Shown in pieces: positions 17,609-27,315 of a DNA stretch of 64,000 nucleotides (its first letter is position 1; each line of letters begins with the position of its first letter). Under the pieces are notes generated by a model. The model was given only the letters and a program-made list of their open reading frames with translations, was not told the origin of the DNA and ran no database searches. This stretch comes from Candidatus Cloacimonadales bacterium (GTDB lineage Bacteria; Cloacimonadota; Cloacimonadia; Cloacimonadales; JAIOQZ01). The position numbers and the translations under genes were made by a program. The stretch spans positions 3,330,864-3,394,863 of the forward strand of contig OY771587.1 of the NCBI GenBank assembly GCA_963674825.1, read 5' to 3'.

Positions 17609-20600
17609 ATGTACTACCGTTTCGATCAGGGTGATGCGGGAGAGAATAACACGTCGTTACCCAATGAGGTTGTCGATCATACGAATACCCACCATGGCGT
17701 TCTCAATAATTTCGCGATGGCAGGAGATAGCTCAAACTGGCTCGCTACCGGTTATGATGCAGCCTTGGTACTAAGCACGATCAGAGCGCACAACGTTACC
17801 GGAGAAACAGCCAATGTGAGTGCTGAGATACACAGAACCGGTTCAGCACTCGTATCGGTTCGAGGAGTATGCTATAGCAGTGCCAATAACAGCCCAACCG
17901 CTGATGACAGCACGGTAGAAGAAGTTAACCCCGGTGGCATTTCTGCCGGGGAGTATACTACATCGCTTTCTGGCTTGGATGGCAATACGCAATATTATAC
18001 ACGAGCCTTTGCCAGCAATGAAGTAGAGACGATTTATGGTGAGACGTGTCAGTTTACAACCCGCACATCGCCCAATGCACCGGACAGTCAGGCTTGTGAT
18101 ATTGTGTTCTCTCATATAACCCAGACGCAAGCGACGATCGCCTGGACGAATGGCAATGGAGATAACCGCGCAGTGTTCTTGCTTCAGGGTGACAGCGGCG
18201 TTGCTCCGCTCAATGACAACACGTCTTACTCAGCGAGTAGTATCTTCGGACAGGGAGACCAAATTGGCGATACTGGCTGGTATTGCGTCTATAATGGCGC
18301 AGATTCGAGTGTTAACGTGACGGGTCTGGTCACGAACACAACCTACAGGGCGATGGTGTGCGAGTATTACAATTCTTCTGGTTCTGAGATATACAACGCC
18401 GGTACGGCTAGCCATAATCCAGAAAACACGCCTATGTCACAATTTTATATCAGTATGGGCTTATATAATTATGGCATTTCGGGTGATACGGATTGGGGTG
18501 ATTACGACAATGATGGTGATCTGGATCTCTTGGCTGTTGGTGGAGGTATAATCGTTAGTGGAGTCTTCCGAAACAATAACGGTAATTTTTCGGATATAAA
18601 TGCCGGATTAATACAAGTAGCTAATGGCAGCGTTGCATGGGGCGACTATGACAATGATGGAGACCTGGATATTCTTTTAACGGGCATTGATTACGACCAA
18701 GTTGAGGTCTGCAATATTTATCAAAACAATGATGGCCTCTTCCACGATATTAACGCTGGATTACTCGGCGTTAATTACGGTAGCTCAGCTTGGGGTGACT
18801 ACGACAACGATGGAGATTTGGACATTGTCATCACTGGAAAAAACTTCTCGATTGGCTCCGTCAGCCGAATCTATCGTAATGATGACGGTGTTTTTACCGA
18901 CATTGATGCGGGACTGATAGATGTTGAGGAGTGTTGCGTGGAATGGGGTGATTACGACAACGATGGTGATCTGGATATCCTCTTTACAGGAAGTTCCTCA
19001 GAGGGCGGAGAAGCCATAATCTATCGTAATGACGGTGGTATTTTCACCGATATCCATGCTGGCTTGCTTGGGGTAACCAAGAGCGGCGCCGCCTGGGGTG
19101 ATTATGATAACGATGGTGATCTGGATATTTTTATCCTCGGGTACAATGAACTAAACATCGCAATGAGTAAAATCTATCGCAATGACGGCGGTATTTTCAC
19201 CGATATTCATGCTAATTTAGTTGATCTTGCTTATGGTGATGCTGCTTGGGGCGATTACGACAATGATGGCGATCTGGATCTTCTGCTGTCGGGAGAACAT
19301 GCGAACAACAATTATCACAGTTTCGTTTATCGCAATGATGATGGCGTATTTACCGATATTGAAGCTGGCCTTCCAGGATTGACAGTCAGTAAGGTGGACT
19401 GGGGTGACTACGACAACGACGGTGATCTGGATTTTATGCTTTGTGGGACTTTGGCACCCGGTTCTTTTTACTCCTATAGATGTCGCAATAATATGGGAAC
19501 GAATACCTTTACAACCAATACTGCGCCTGATGCTCCAACGAATTTCGAGATATCTTTTTCCGATGACGAATATGTGTGTAGCTGGGATGCTTCGGCAGAT
19601 GATATAACGCCGGTGGAATGCCTGACATACAATCTACAGATGGGATATGGCAACCAAGGCACGGACATTGTTTCACCCATGGCACAATTGAGCGACGGAT
19701 GGCGCATGATAACCGCGATGGGAAGTCAGAACCACAATACGCAATGGGCGCTTTCGTCTCTTCCGTTGAGATATCAAGTCGAATGTGTCGGTAGGGTTCA
19801 GGCTATTGACGGCGCTTACATGGGCTCAAGCTTCTCCGCAGAAGATACCTTTTGCTTGTATCCTGAGCTAGTAAACGAAGATGAGCTCGCGCCCGAAGGC
19901 GTTCTTTCCTGGGAGACCCAGTCTCAATTCCTGGAAATCATTGAGGGTTACCAGGTGCAGATCGATGTTACTACAGCGTTCACAAACCCGATCATTGATC
20001 AGGTTGTGTATCCCGAGGACGACACTCGTTCGGCAGCTCAAGCCTCGAGAATTGGTGCCTCATCCAAAGAAACAGCGCTTGTCACCCTCTCAGCCTCAAA
20101 CCCTGAGACAGTTCAGCGCACAGATTATCACAGTGTGCAACTCAATGAACTGACAAATTACGGTGACCTTGTGGGAGGGACGGTTTATTACTGGCGCACA
20201 AGGCCCATCTACAGCGACAGTATTGCATCCGTATTCACCGTGGAGGAAAAATCGTTCACCTATGTTGCTGGAAATAGTGCACCGAACCCACCTACTGATG
20301 GCTTCAGTCCTGCGAATGACGATCCGGTCTCCAGCCTCACACCCATGATATCCTGGAACGCTGCAACGGATCCCGATTCGAGCGATACACCTGATCTGCT
20401 GCGCTATTTCGTCGAGCTCGATACGCTCGATGTGTTCTCAGCGCCGGTCGTTACAGACTCTACGACGGTTGGGAATCCTCACATACAGCTTGAGGATCCG
20501 CTTATTTCGGGATATCGCTACTACTATCGTGTCAAAACGATTGATGACGAGGACGCGGAATCCGAGTGGTCGGTAACGCAGCAGTTCGTAACACTCTTGC

Positions 20601-20875
20601 CACCGCAGAATGTCATCATCGCGTGTGGGGAAGAAGGAGTAACGCTTTCTTGGGAAGCTATGGCCACGAATCTGGGAAACATGGTCTATACGGTGTATAG
20701 TTCGAGCGATCCAGAAGCTATATTCCCCGATGAATGGGCTGTGGAAGCGGTGAATCTTGGCACGACATCATGGCAGGATTCAGACGCTACAGCCCCGATG
20801 AAGTTCTACATTGTCACAGTGGGAAGTGCATCGCGCGAAGCAACATCCAGCTTGAACACGAAAAATACGAGATAG
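17609..20875 (+). CDS. FG-GAP/VCBS seven-blade beta-propeller + FN3-like surface protein (downstream part of the interrupted frame)
   Basis: Seven WGDYDNDGDLD(I/L) calcium-binding-type FG-GAP repeats. FN3-like segments are also present (APDAPTNFEISF..., LPPQNVIIACGEEGVTLSWEA...). The coding frame is actually open from 17534. No independent RBS is evident at 17609. Confidence 0.8.
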   Translation: MYYRFDQGDAGENNTSLPNEVVDHTNTHHGVLNNFAMAGDSSNWLATGYDAALVLSTIRAHNVTGETANVSAEIHRTGSALVSVRGVCYSSANNSPTADDSTVEEVNPGGISAGEYTTSLSGLDGNTQYYTRAFASNEVETIYGETCQFTTRTSPNAPDSQACDIVFSHITQTQATIAWTNGNGDNRAVFLLQGDSGVAPLNDNTSYSASSIFGQGDQIGDTGWYCVYNGADSSVNVTGLVTNTTYRAMVCEYYNSSGSEIYNAGTASHNPENTPMSQFYISMGLYNYGISGDTDWGDYDNDGDLDLLAVGGGIIVSGVFRNNNGNFSDINAGLIQVANGSVAWGDYDNDGDLDILLTGIDYDQVEVCNIYQNNDGLFHDINAGLLGVNYGSSAWGDYDNDGDLDIVITGKNFSIGSVSRIYRNDDGVFTDIDAGLIDVEECCVEWGDYDNDGDLDILFTGSSSEGGEAIIYRNDGGIFTDIHAGLLGVTKSGAAWGDYDNDGDLDIFILGYNELNIAMSKIYRNDGGIFTDIHANLVDLAYGDAAWGDYDNDGDLDLLLSGEHANNNYHSFVYRNDDGVFTDIEAGLPGLTVSKVDWGDYDNDGDLDFMLCGTLAPGSFYSYRCRNNMGTNTFTTNTAPDAPTNFEISFSDDEYVCSWDASADDITPVECLTYNLQMGYGNQGTDIVSPMAQLSDGWRMITAMGSQNHNTQWALSSLPLRYQVECVGRVQAIDGAYMGSSFSAEDTFCLYPELVNEDELAPEGVLSWETQSQFLEIIEGYQVQIDVTTAFTNPIIDQVVYPEDDTRSAAQASRIGASSKETALVTLSASNPETVQRTDYHSVQLNELTNYGDLVGGTVYYWRTRPIYSDSIASVFTVEEKSFTYVAGNSAPNPPTDGFSPANDDPVSSLTPMISWNAATDPDSSDTPDLLRYFVELDTLDVFSAPVVTDSTTVGNPHIQLEDPLISGYRYYYRVKTIDDEDAESEWSVTQQFVTLLPPQNVIIACGEEGVTLSWEAMATNLGNMVYTVYSSSDPEAIFPDEWAVEAVNLGTTSWQDSDATAPMKFYIVTVGSASREATSSLNTKNTR
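18494..19436 (+). repeat. Seven tandem ~150-bp coding repeats (FG-GAP blades)
   Basis: The core TGGGG(T/C)GA(T/C)TA(C/T)GA(C/T)AA(C/T)GA(T/C)GG(T/A/C)GA(T/C)(C/T)TGGA recurs at about 18494, 18638, 18791, 18944, 19094, 19247 and 19398. Confidence 0.9.
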
Positions 20876-20897
20876 ATGACGTATCACAGGCAGCATG

Positions 20898-20929
20898 GCG
20901 GACGTTCCTCAAACGGACGTCCGCTTTTT
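20898..20929 (+). terminator. Rho-independent terminator
   Basis: GCGGACGT / ACGTCCGC stem followed by TTTTT, 23 nt after the stop at 20875. Confidence 0.8.
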
Positions 20930-21045
20930 CAAAATAAAGCCTTGCTGTCATCATCAAGGTGTGATCGTACAGGTTATCCTCAGATATTGCTTTACAACTC
21001 GATATAATGCGCCAGAATATTGCGATTAACGATAAGTGGGGAACA

Positions 21046-22677
21046 ATGAAGACAGTTAGCGAATTGGGACGGGTCATCATTCAGCTCGCTGGGCAGGGTT
21101 TGTCGAGAGTACGTTTTTTACGTTCATTATGCGAGGAATTATCTGAATTAACAGGCAGCGATGCTGTGGAAATCCGCATTGCCGATATACGTTTCATGTA
21201 TCGCTATCAATTTAAGGCCGAACATCGTTTATCCGATTTTCAGCAGGTTAAATTCCTCATGGACGATCAGGGCACATGTTTACCGTTAATGAAGAGGAAG
21301 TCGGCTCTGGAAACGTTCTGTGCAAAATTGTATGAGAAGAAGTATCAGGGTGAACTGAAATGCTACTACCAACGCAAGAGCCTGATCATCGAAGAATACG
21401 ATTCAAAATCGAAACCCTGGAAATCACTGGCGATCCTCAGTTTTATTACCAGCGAGGATGTCCATGGACTCATTGTTTTATCATCCAGGCAGAAACTGAA
21501 TTTCCGGCAGGATGAAGCTCCTACATTAGAGAACTTGGCGCAGACGGTTGGCATTGCTGTGGCATTCCGGCGTTCACAATTCTCGTTGAACGAACGTGTA
21601 AAAGAGCTGACCTGCCTTCACGAAATCAGCGAACTGATGAATGATCATCGTAAGACAGAGCGAGAGAAATTCCAGCGCATCGTCGATATGATACCTCCTG
21701 CTTTTCAATATCCCCAACTTACCTCGGCTCATATGGATATAGACGGCATGAAATACAATAGCCACAAGATGGATAAACATCCACGTCATGAGCTATGTAA
21801 TGCGTTGACTGTCGATGGGATAACAATCGGTGAGATCAAGGTCTTTCTGAAGAAGGGGACGGGCAACGATTTCATCGATTTTCTTCCTGAGGAAGTGAAG
21901 CTCATGCAATCGATCAGCAGGGCAGTATCCTCGATGATCTCGCAAACTCGATACAACCAGGACCGTAAAGCGCTGGAGGAACAGCTTCATCATGCTGACC
22001 GCCTGGCGACAATCGGTCAACTGGCTGCGGGTGTCGCGCACGAGCTGAACGAACCGCTTTCCAATATCCTTGGTTTCGCGCAGTTGGCCGAGAAATCGGT
22101 AGGAGATCCCGAGACAGTACGCGGGGATATCCAGAAGATCGTCAAGGCGTCGCTGCATTCGCGCGAGATTGTCCGCAAACTGCTTCTGTTCTCACGTCAG
22201 ATGCCTGCTCAAAAGCAAGAACTTGAGCTCAATGACTTGATCCGGGAAAACCTGATGCTGTTGGATAACCGAATGCGAAACAGCGGTATCGATATTGTAA
22301 TGAAGCTCGAAGATCACCTGCCGCGGATCAAGGCCGATCGGGCCCAGATCAGCCAGATCATTATCAATCTTTCTGTTAACGCAATGCAGGCGATGCCGGA
22401 CGGCGGAAAGTTGACCATAAGCACCCGATCGACCGACGGCAAGGTCGCGCTATGGGTGTCGGACACGGGAACAGGCATTGCGAAGGGCATCCGACAGAAG
22501 ATCTTCCTGCCGTTTTTCACAACCAAGGATATCGGAGAAGGTACAGGACTTGGCTTATCTGTCGTGCATGGCATAGTCATGGGTCATAACGGCACGATTT
22601 CGCTCGAATCGGAGATTGGCAGGGGTACCACTTTCCGTATCGCCTTTCCTGTCGCAACAAAGGAGAAGGATGCATGA
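21046..22677 (+). CDS. Sensor histidine kinase (GAF-like + KELxCL sensor module + HisKA + HATPase)
   Basis: The track start 21007 lies inside a TATAAT box (21003..21008), so ATG 21046 (MKTVSELG) is more likely. H-box AAGVAHELNEPL. HATPase motifs are NLSVNAMQAM, DTGTGI and GTGLGLSVVHGIVMGHNG. The internal module begins LNERVKELTCLHEIS. Confidence 0.88.
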   Translation: MKTVSELGRVIIQLAGQGLSRVRFLRSLCEELSELTGSDAVEIRIADIRFMYRYQFKAEHRLSDFQQVKFLMDDQGTCLPLMKRKSALETFCAKLYEKKYQGELKCYYQRKSLIIEEYDSKSKPWKSLAILSFITSEDVHGLIVLSSRQKLNFRQDEAPTLENLAQTVGIAVAFRRSQFSLNERVKELTCLHEISELMNDHRKTEREKFQRIVDMIPPAFQYPQLTSAHMDIDGMKYNSHKMDKHPRHELCNALTVDGITIGEIKVFLKKGTGNDFIDFLPEEVKLMQSISRAVSSMISQTRYNQDRKALEEQLHHADRLATIGQLAAGVAHELNEPLSNILGFAQLAEKSVGDPETVRGDIQKIVKASLHSREIVRKLLLFSRQMPAQKQELELNDLIRENLMLLDNRMRNSGIDIVMKLEDHLPRIKADRAQISQIIINLSVNAMQAMPDGGKLTISTRSTDGKVALWVSDTGTGIAKGIRQKIFLPFFTTKDIGEGTGLGLSVVHGIVMGHNGTISLESEIGRGTTFRIAFPVATKEKDA

Positions 22678-23990
22678 ATCCCGAACGAATTCTTGTCGTG
22701 GATGATCAACCCGATACGCGCGAGATGCTGTATCGCTATCTGAAAACCGAGTTCAAGCTTGTCATGACTGCACCTGGTATCGAGGAAGCAATCAGGATGC
22801 TGACCGAACAGCCGTTCGATATCGTGATAACCGACTACAAGATGCCCCGTGGATCGGGGATGGAGCTGGTAAAGCATATTCGGGCAACGTACCGGGATAT
22901 CGGTTTGATGATGATCACCGGATACGCGACTGTTGAAGGCGCTGTACAGGCGATGAAGCATGGTGTTGAGGAATATCTCCCCAAGCCGTTCACGGAGATG
23001 GAACTTCTTCAAGGTGTGAACAGCCTTGCTCAAAAAGTTCGGACAAGGAAAAGCCGTACGACTTCCGATGTGCAGCATGGTCCAGCAGGTATCATCGGTT
23101 CGTCGAAAGTAATGAAACGAGTTTATCGCATGATCGAGAAGGCTTCTCACAGCCGTGCTACGGTATTGATCACCGGCGAGAGTGGCACGGGCAAGGAGCT
23201 GGTCGCAAGAGCGATTCATTATAGCAGCAAAAAGCAATCGACGCCTTTCGTTCCGGTCAATTGCTCGGCAATCCCGGAAGAGCTTATGGAAAGCGAATTA
23301 TTCGGCTATGTTAAGGGTGCGTTTACAGGTGCAGATACGTCTCGCGCGGGATTTTTCCAGACAGCGGACGGTGGCTCGATCTTCCTGGACGAAGTCAGCG
23401 AGATGAGCCTGGCGATGCAGGCAAAGCTGCTGCGAGTGATCCAGGAACGCGAAGTATATATGGTCGGATCCCGCAAGCCGGTTCCAGTCGATATCCGGAT
23501 CATCGCTGCCACCAACAAGGAGCTGAAGCAGCTATCCGAGAAAGGCGGATTCAGAGAAGATCTATTCTTTCGTCTGAATGTGCTCAATATTGATGTTCCT
23601 CCGCTACGCGAACGTGAAGGCGATTTGGAGATTCTGATCCTCACTTTTTCGAAGAAATTCGCTGTAGAGATGGGCTGTGAGCCACCCCGGTTTTCCCATG
23701 ACACATTAGAGATGCTTACAGGCTATGCATGGCCGGGCAATGTTCGGGAGCTGGAAAATCTCATTCAACGGCTGGTTGTGATGTGTGGTAGCGAAATCGT
23801 CAAGCCGGCTGACCTTCCCGATTATATCCGCAAACAGAAACCTCAGATGAAATGGACGCCGGACCGCACGTTGCAGGATGTAGAGAGAGACTACGTCCGG
23901 CAGGTTTTAGAAGCGTGCGGAGGCAACAAGTCAGAGGCGGCTCGAATTCTGGACATCGATCGCAAAACGTTACGATTGAAACTCACATAA
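22674..23990 (+). CDS. Sigma-54-dependent response regulator (REC + AAA+ + HTH)
   Basis: ATGA overlap with the kinase gene. Motifs are ILVVDDQ, DIVITDYKMPRGSG, GESGTGKE, GAFTGA, ESELFGY and the HTH GNKSEAARILDIDRKTLRLKL. Confidence 0.93.
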   Translation: MNPERILVVDDQPDTREMLYRYLKTEFKLVMTAPGIEEAIRMLTEQPFDIVITDYKMPRGSGMELVKHIRATYRDIGLMMITGYATVEGAVQAMKHGVEEYLPKPFTEMELLQGVNSLAQKVRTRKSRTTSDVQHGPAGIIGSSKVMKRVYRMIEKASHSRATVLITGESGTGKELVARAIHYSSKKQSTPFVPVNCSAIPEELMESELFGYVKGAFTGADTSRAGFFQTADGGSIFLDEVSEMSLAMQAKLLRVIQEREVYMVGSRKPVPVDIRIIAATNKELKQLSEKGGFREDLFFRLNVLNIDVPPLREREGDLEILILTFSKKFAVEMGCEPPRFSHDTLEMLTGYAWPGNVRELENLIQRLVVMCGSEIVKPADLPDYIRKQKPQMKWTPDRTLQDVERDYVRQVLEACGGNKSEAARILDIDRKTLRLKLT

Positions 23991-24029
23991 TCTGCCACTT
24001 TCACAACACCCTTTTCGCTGGGTAATGAA

Positions 24030-24054
24030 TCCCCACTGGGGAGAATATCCCCAG
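24030..24054. promoter_or_regulatory. Overlapping palindromes TCCCCA-C-TGGGGA and CTGGGGA-gaata-TCCCCAG, candidate UAS for the second sigma-54 activator
   Basis: Perfect 7-bp arms. The centre is about 111 bp upstream of the -24 GG at 24156, a typical enhancer distance. Confidence 0.45.
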
Positions 24055-24154
24055 ATTTTGTAATACTCTATTGAGACAGCATAACTGCGTATAGTGCTCA
24101 TAAGATATTATATGGCAACTTGTTATAGTATGGGAAATACTGATTCCCTTCCAC

Positions 24155-24169
24155 TGGCACAACAAATGC
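24155..24169 (+). promoter_or_regulatory. Sigma-54 promoter upstream of glutamate dehydrogenase
   Basis: TGGCAC-aacaa-aTGC with correct GG/GC spacing, 40 nt upstream of ATG 24209. Confidence 0.65.
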
Positions 24170-24208
24170 GAACTTGTTCCACCGAATACGAAATTTGTGG
24201 AGGAACAA

Positions 24209-25495
24209 ATGGAATTGAAGACTTACAACCCATTCAGAATGGCACAGGATCAGTTTGACGCGATCGCGGATCAACTGGACCTGGATCAGGCGACAAGAGA
24301 CCTGCTGCGCAACCCCATGCGCGAATATCATGTGAATATTCCCATCAAGATGGACGATGGAACCACGAGAGTTTTCCGGGGATTCAGGGTTCAGCACAAC
24401 GATGCCCGTGGCCCGGGAAAAGGTGGTATTCGATTTCATCCGCAGGAGACCGTCGATACGGTACGTGCTCTTTCCATGTGGATGACCTGGAAATGCGCTG
24501 TGGTCGATATTCCCCTTGGTGGCAGTAAGGGTGGCGTGATCTGCGATCCGCACAACCTGAGCCAGCGTGAACAAGAACAGATCTGTCGTGGATGGGTGCG
24601 CCAACTAGCCCACGATGTTGGTCCTCTTCGCGATGTACCCGCACCCGATGTGATGACCAATGGACAGCACATGCTGTGGATGCTTGACGAATTCGAAACG
24701 ATACATGGGGCAAAATTCCCCGGATTTATCACCGGCAAGCCTGTAGGCAGCGGTGGCTCACTTGGTAGAACCGAAGCTACCGGATATGGTGTGATCTTCA
24801 CGCTTCGCGAAGCGTTGCGCGAGTTGGGTATCGATCCCGCTTCCACGACGGCAGCGGTCCAGGGCTTCGGAAATGTTGCCCAATACGCAATCGACCTGTA
24901 CAATCAACTGGGCGGAAAGGTGATCTGTGTGTCATGCTGGGATCAGCAGGAGCAGAAATCCTTCACATATCGCAAGATGACCGGCGTGGTTCTGCAGGAA
25001 CTGCTCGATATTACAGACCGTTTCGGTGGGATCGATCGCAAGAAAGCCGAATCGCTTGGTTACGATGTGCTGGGCGGCGGACAGTGGATCGAGCAGGATG
25101 TGGATATCCTTTTACCCTGCGCGCTGGAGAACCAAATCAATGCCGATACCGTAAACCTCATCAGCAAACGTGTAAAGGTGATCGCGGAAGGCGCAAATGG
25201 CCCGACAACTCCTGAAGCCGACAAAGTTCTGAAGGAACGCGGCATATTCATCATTCCCGACTTTCTTGCCAACGCTGGTGGCGTAACTTGCAGCTATTTC
25301 GAGCAGGTTCAGTGCAATATGAACTATTACTGGGAGAAAGACGAAGTTCTCAGCAAGCTCGATACGAAGATGACCTCCGCCTTCATGGATGTATCTGCTC
25401 TGGCTCGCAAACGTAACCTTTATATGCGCGACGCCGCGTATATCATCTCGATCAGTCGCGTTGCCCAGGCTTGTAAAGACCGGGGCTGGATTTAA
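24209..25495 (+). CDS. gdh: Glutamate dehydrogenase (Glu/Leu/Phe/Val dehydrogenase family)
   Basis: Start re-called to ATG 24209 (GGAGG 6 nt upstream; the track gives GTG 24197). Catalytic-lysine motif DIPLGGSKGGV. Rossmann motif VQGFGNVAQ. The length and overall pattern match ~420-aa GDHs. Confidence 0.92.
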   Translation: MELKTYNPFRMAQDQFDAIADQLDLDQATRDLLRNPMREYHVNIPIKMDDGTTRVFRGFRVQHNDARGPGKGGIRFHPQETVDTVRALSMWMTWKCAVVDIPLGGSKGGVICDPHNLSQREQEQICRGWVRQLAHDVGPLRDVPAPDVMTNGQHMLWMLDEFETIHGAKFPGFITGKPVGSGGSLGRTEATGYGVIFTLREALRELGIDPASTTAAVQGFGNVAQYAIDLYNQLGGKVICVSCWDQQEQKSFTYRKMTGVVLQELLDITDRFGGIDRKKAESLGYDVLGGGQWIEQDVDILLPCALENQINADTVNLISKRVKVIAEGANGPTTPEADKVLKERGIFIIPDFLANAGGVTCSYFEQVQCNMNYYWEKDEVLSKLDTKMTSAFMDVSALARKRNLYMRDAAYIISISRVAQACKDRGWI

Positions 25496-25540
25496 TCGAT
25501 AAGACTTCCTGAAATAAAGAAACACAAGAAACACCTCTGC

Positions 25541-25580
25541 ATTGCGGTGCGCGGAAATCCTGAAGTCCGCGTGCCGCAAT
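25541..25580 (+). other. 15-bp stem hairpin after gdh (ATTGCGGTGCGCGGA / TCCGCGTGCCGCAAT, two G-T wobbles)
   Basis: Strong stem, but it is followed by CTT + A9 rather than a T-tract. Function as a terminator is uncertain. Confidence 0.4.
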
Positions 25581-25596
25581 CTTAAAAAAAAACAGG

Positions 25597-27315
25597 ATGA
25601 TCGTCATGGATAAGAATCAGTATCAACGAGGAATGCTTCATCAAAGGCCCTTCGATTTCATTGGTCAGGGATCTTTAGGTGGCAAGGCACAGGGTCTTGT
25701 CGATATCCAGCAGGTTTTGCAAGAATCTACGGATTCGCCGATGACAGTCTCAATACCGCACATGACCGTCATCCGCACTGACATCTTCGATGCTTTTATG
25801 ACGCAGAATAACCTCTGGGAAAAAGCGCTCCGGGAAACGGACGACCAGCAGATTGCGTACTTATTCCAGAAGGCTTCACTACCGGCAACCGTCGTAGGAG
25901 ACCTGCGGGACATCATCGCTCGATATTGTTATCCCCTGGCTGTGCGCTCTTCGAGCCTGCTTGAGGATTCATGTAAAGAGCCATTTGCCGGCGTTTACGC
26001 CACGAAGATGATTCCGAATAATCAGCTCAAGGTAGAGCAGCGTTTCCAGAAGATGGTGGAGGCGATTAAGTTCGTCTGGTCGTCGATGTTCTTCGCTGAA
26101 TCAAAGGGGTATTTCCAGGCTGCGGGAAGAGATATCCGCGACGAAAAGATGGCTGTTATCATTCAGGAAGTTGTTGGAAATCGTTACGGCGATCGTTATT
26201 ACCCGATTCTCTCAGGGGTAGCCAGATCGTTCAATTTTTACCCGACCGGAAATGCCAACCCCGAAGACGGAGTGGTCAATCTGGCGCTTGGACTTGGAAA
26301 AACCATCGTGGATGGAGGCGTGTCCTGGCATTACTCCCCTCGATATCCCGCCGCGCCTCCGCCATTTAATGGGATGCGGGATCTTCTGAACCTTACCCAA
26401 ACACGTTTCTTTGCAATCAATATGGGGAATATCCCAGAGTTCAACCCCATTCAGGAGGCGGAATTCCTGAGCCGGCACAGCCTCAAGGAGAGCGAGGAAG
26501 ACGGTACGCTCAAACATCTCTGCTCATCCTGGGATTATCAAAACGACCGTATCGTGACCGGGCTCTACGGTCAAGGCGCGCGGGTCCTCAACTTCGCTCC
26601 GATCCTGCAGGCTCGCATGCTACCGCTCAACGACGCGCTGGTTAATCTCTTGAAACTCTGTGAAAAGCATTACAAGACGCATGTTGAGATCGAATTCGCA
26701 ATGATGTACGATCATGAAACTCAACGAATCCCACATATCGGATTTTTACAGGTTCGTCCGATGAATGTATCGCATGCGTTTGTCGAGATCGATCCCTCAA
26801 TAGTCCAGGAAGATTGCGTGCTGACACTCTCCGACTCCATGGGCAATGGCACGCGCGAGGATATTCAAGATATCGTTTACCTCAAGCCGGATAGCTTCGA
26901 TCCTGCAAAAACAAGGCAGATGGCGCAGGAGATTGAGCAAATCAACGAGCAGATGGTCGCACAGCACAAACCATATCTGCTGATTGGATTCGGTAGATGG
27001 GGATCTTCAGATTCATGGCTGGGGATACCGGTTACGTGGCGGCAGATATCCGGCGCTCGTTGCATCGTCGAATCGACGCTGCCCAATATGCAGCCGGAGC
27101 TGAGCCAGGGCTCTCATTTCTTCCATAACATGATCGCGTTTGGCGTACTCTATTTCACTGCTCGCGACAACGATCGAAAAAGTATTGACTGGCAGTGGAT
27201 CGAGAAGCAACATGAAATCGAACAGACACAATTTTGCCGTCATGTTCATCTGGAGAAACCATTGCGAATCTTTGCGGATGGTAAAAGGAAAAGAGGGGTA
27301 ATCACAAAATGGTAA
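25597..27315 (+). CDS. PEP/pyruvate-binding (PPDK_N, ATP-grasp) domain protein without a recognisable swivel-His domain
   Basis: GGKAQGL, LAVRSSSLLEDS, FAGVYATKM and MAVIIQEVVG are PPDK_N hallmarks. The C-terminal module FGRWGSSDSWLGIPV...LSQGSHFFHN is shared with the next gene. No GGxTSHAA motif is present. Confidence 0.8.
   Translation: MIVMDKNQYQRGMLHQRPFDFIGQGSLGGKAQGLVDIQQVLQESTDSPMTVSIPHMTVIRTDIFDAFMTQNNLWEKALRETDDQQIAYLFQKASLPATVVGDLRDIIARYCYPLAVRSSSLLEDSCKEPFAGVYATKMIPNNQLKVEQRFQKMVEAIKFVWSSMFFAESKGYFQAAGRDIRDEKMAVIIQEVVGNRYGDRYYPILSGVARSFNFYPTGNANPEDGVVNLALGLGKTIVDGGVSWHYSPRYPAAPPPFNGMRDLLNLTQTRFFAINMGNIPEFNPIQEAEFLSRHSLKESEEDGTLKHLCSSWDYQNDRIVTGLYGQGARVLNFAPILQARMLPLNDALVNLLKLCEKHYKTHVEIEFAMMYDHETQRIPHIGFLQVRPMNVSHAFVEIDPSIVQEDCVLTLSDSMGNGTREDIQDIVYLKPDSFDPAKTRQMAQEIEQINEQMVAQHKPYLLIGFGRWGSSDSWLGIPVTWRQISGARCIVESTLPNMQPELSQGSHFFHNMIAFGVLYFTARDNDRKSIDWQWIEKQHEIEQTQFCRHVHLEKPLRIFADGKRKRGVITKW

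Noticed and set aside
18494-19436. Regularly spaced ~36-nt repeats that could be mistaken for a CRISPR array
   Set aside because: The repeats are in frame within a long ORF, encode the FG-GAP WGDYDNDGDLD motif, have a ~150-bp period and vary at wobble positions. They are coding repeats, not a CRISPR array.
22584-23237. 217-aa minus-strand ORF across the kinase/regulator junction
   Set aside because: It is antisense to two well-supported, translationally coupled genes.
25541-25596. The post-gdh hairpin as a canonical intrinsic terminator
   Set aside because: The stem is strong, but it is followed by CTT + A9 rather than a U-tract, and on the other strand the T-run precedes the stem. It is therefore listed only as a hairpin of uncertain function, and read-through into the PPDK_N genes is possible.
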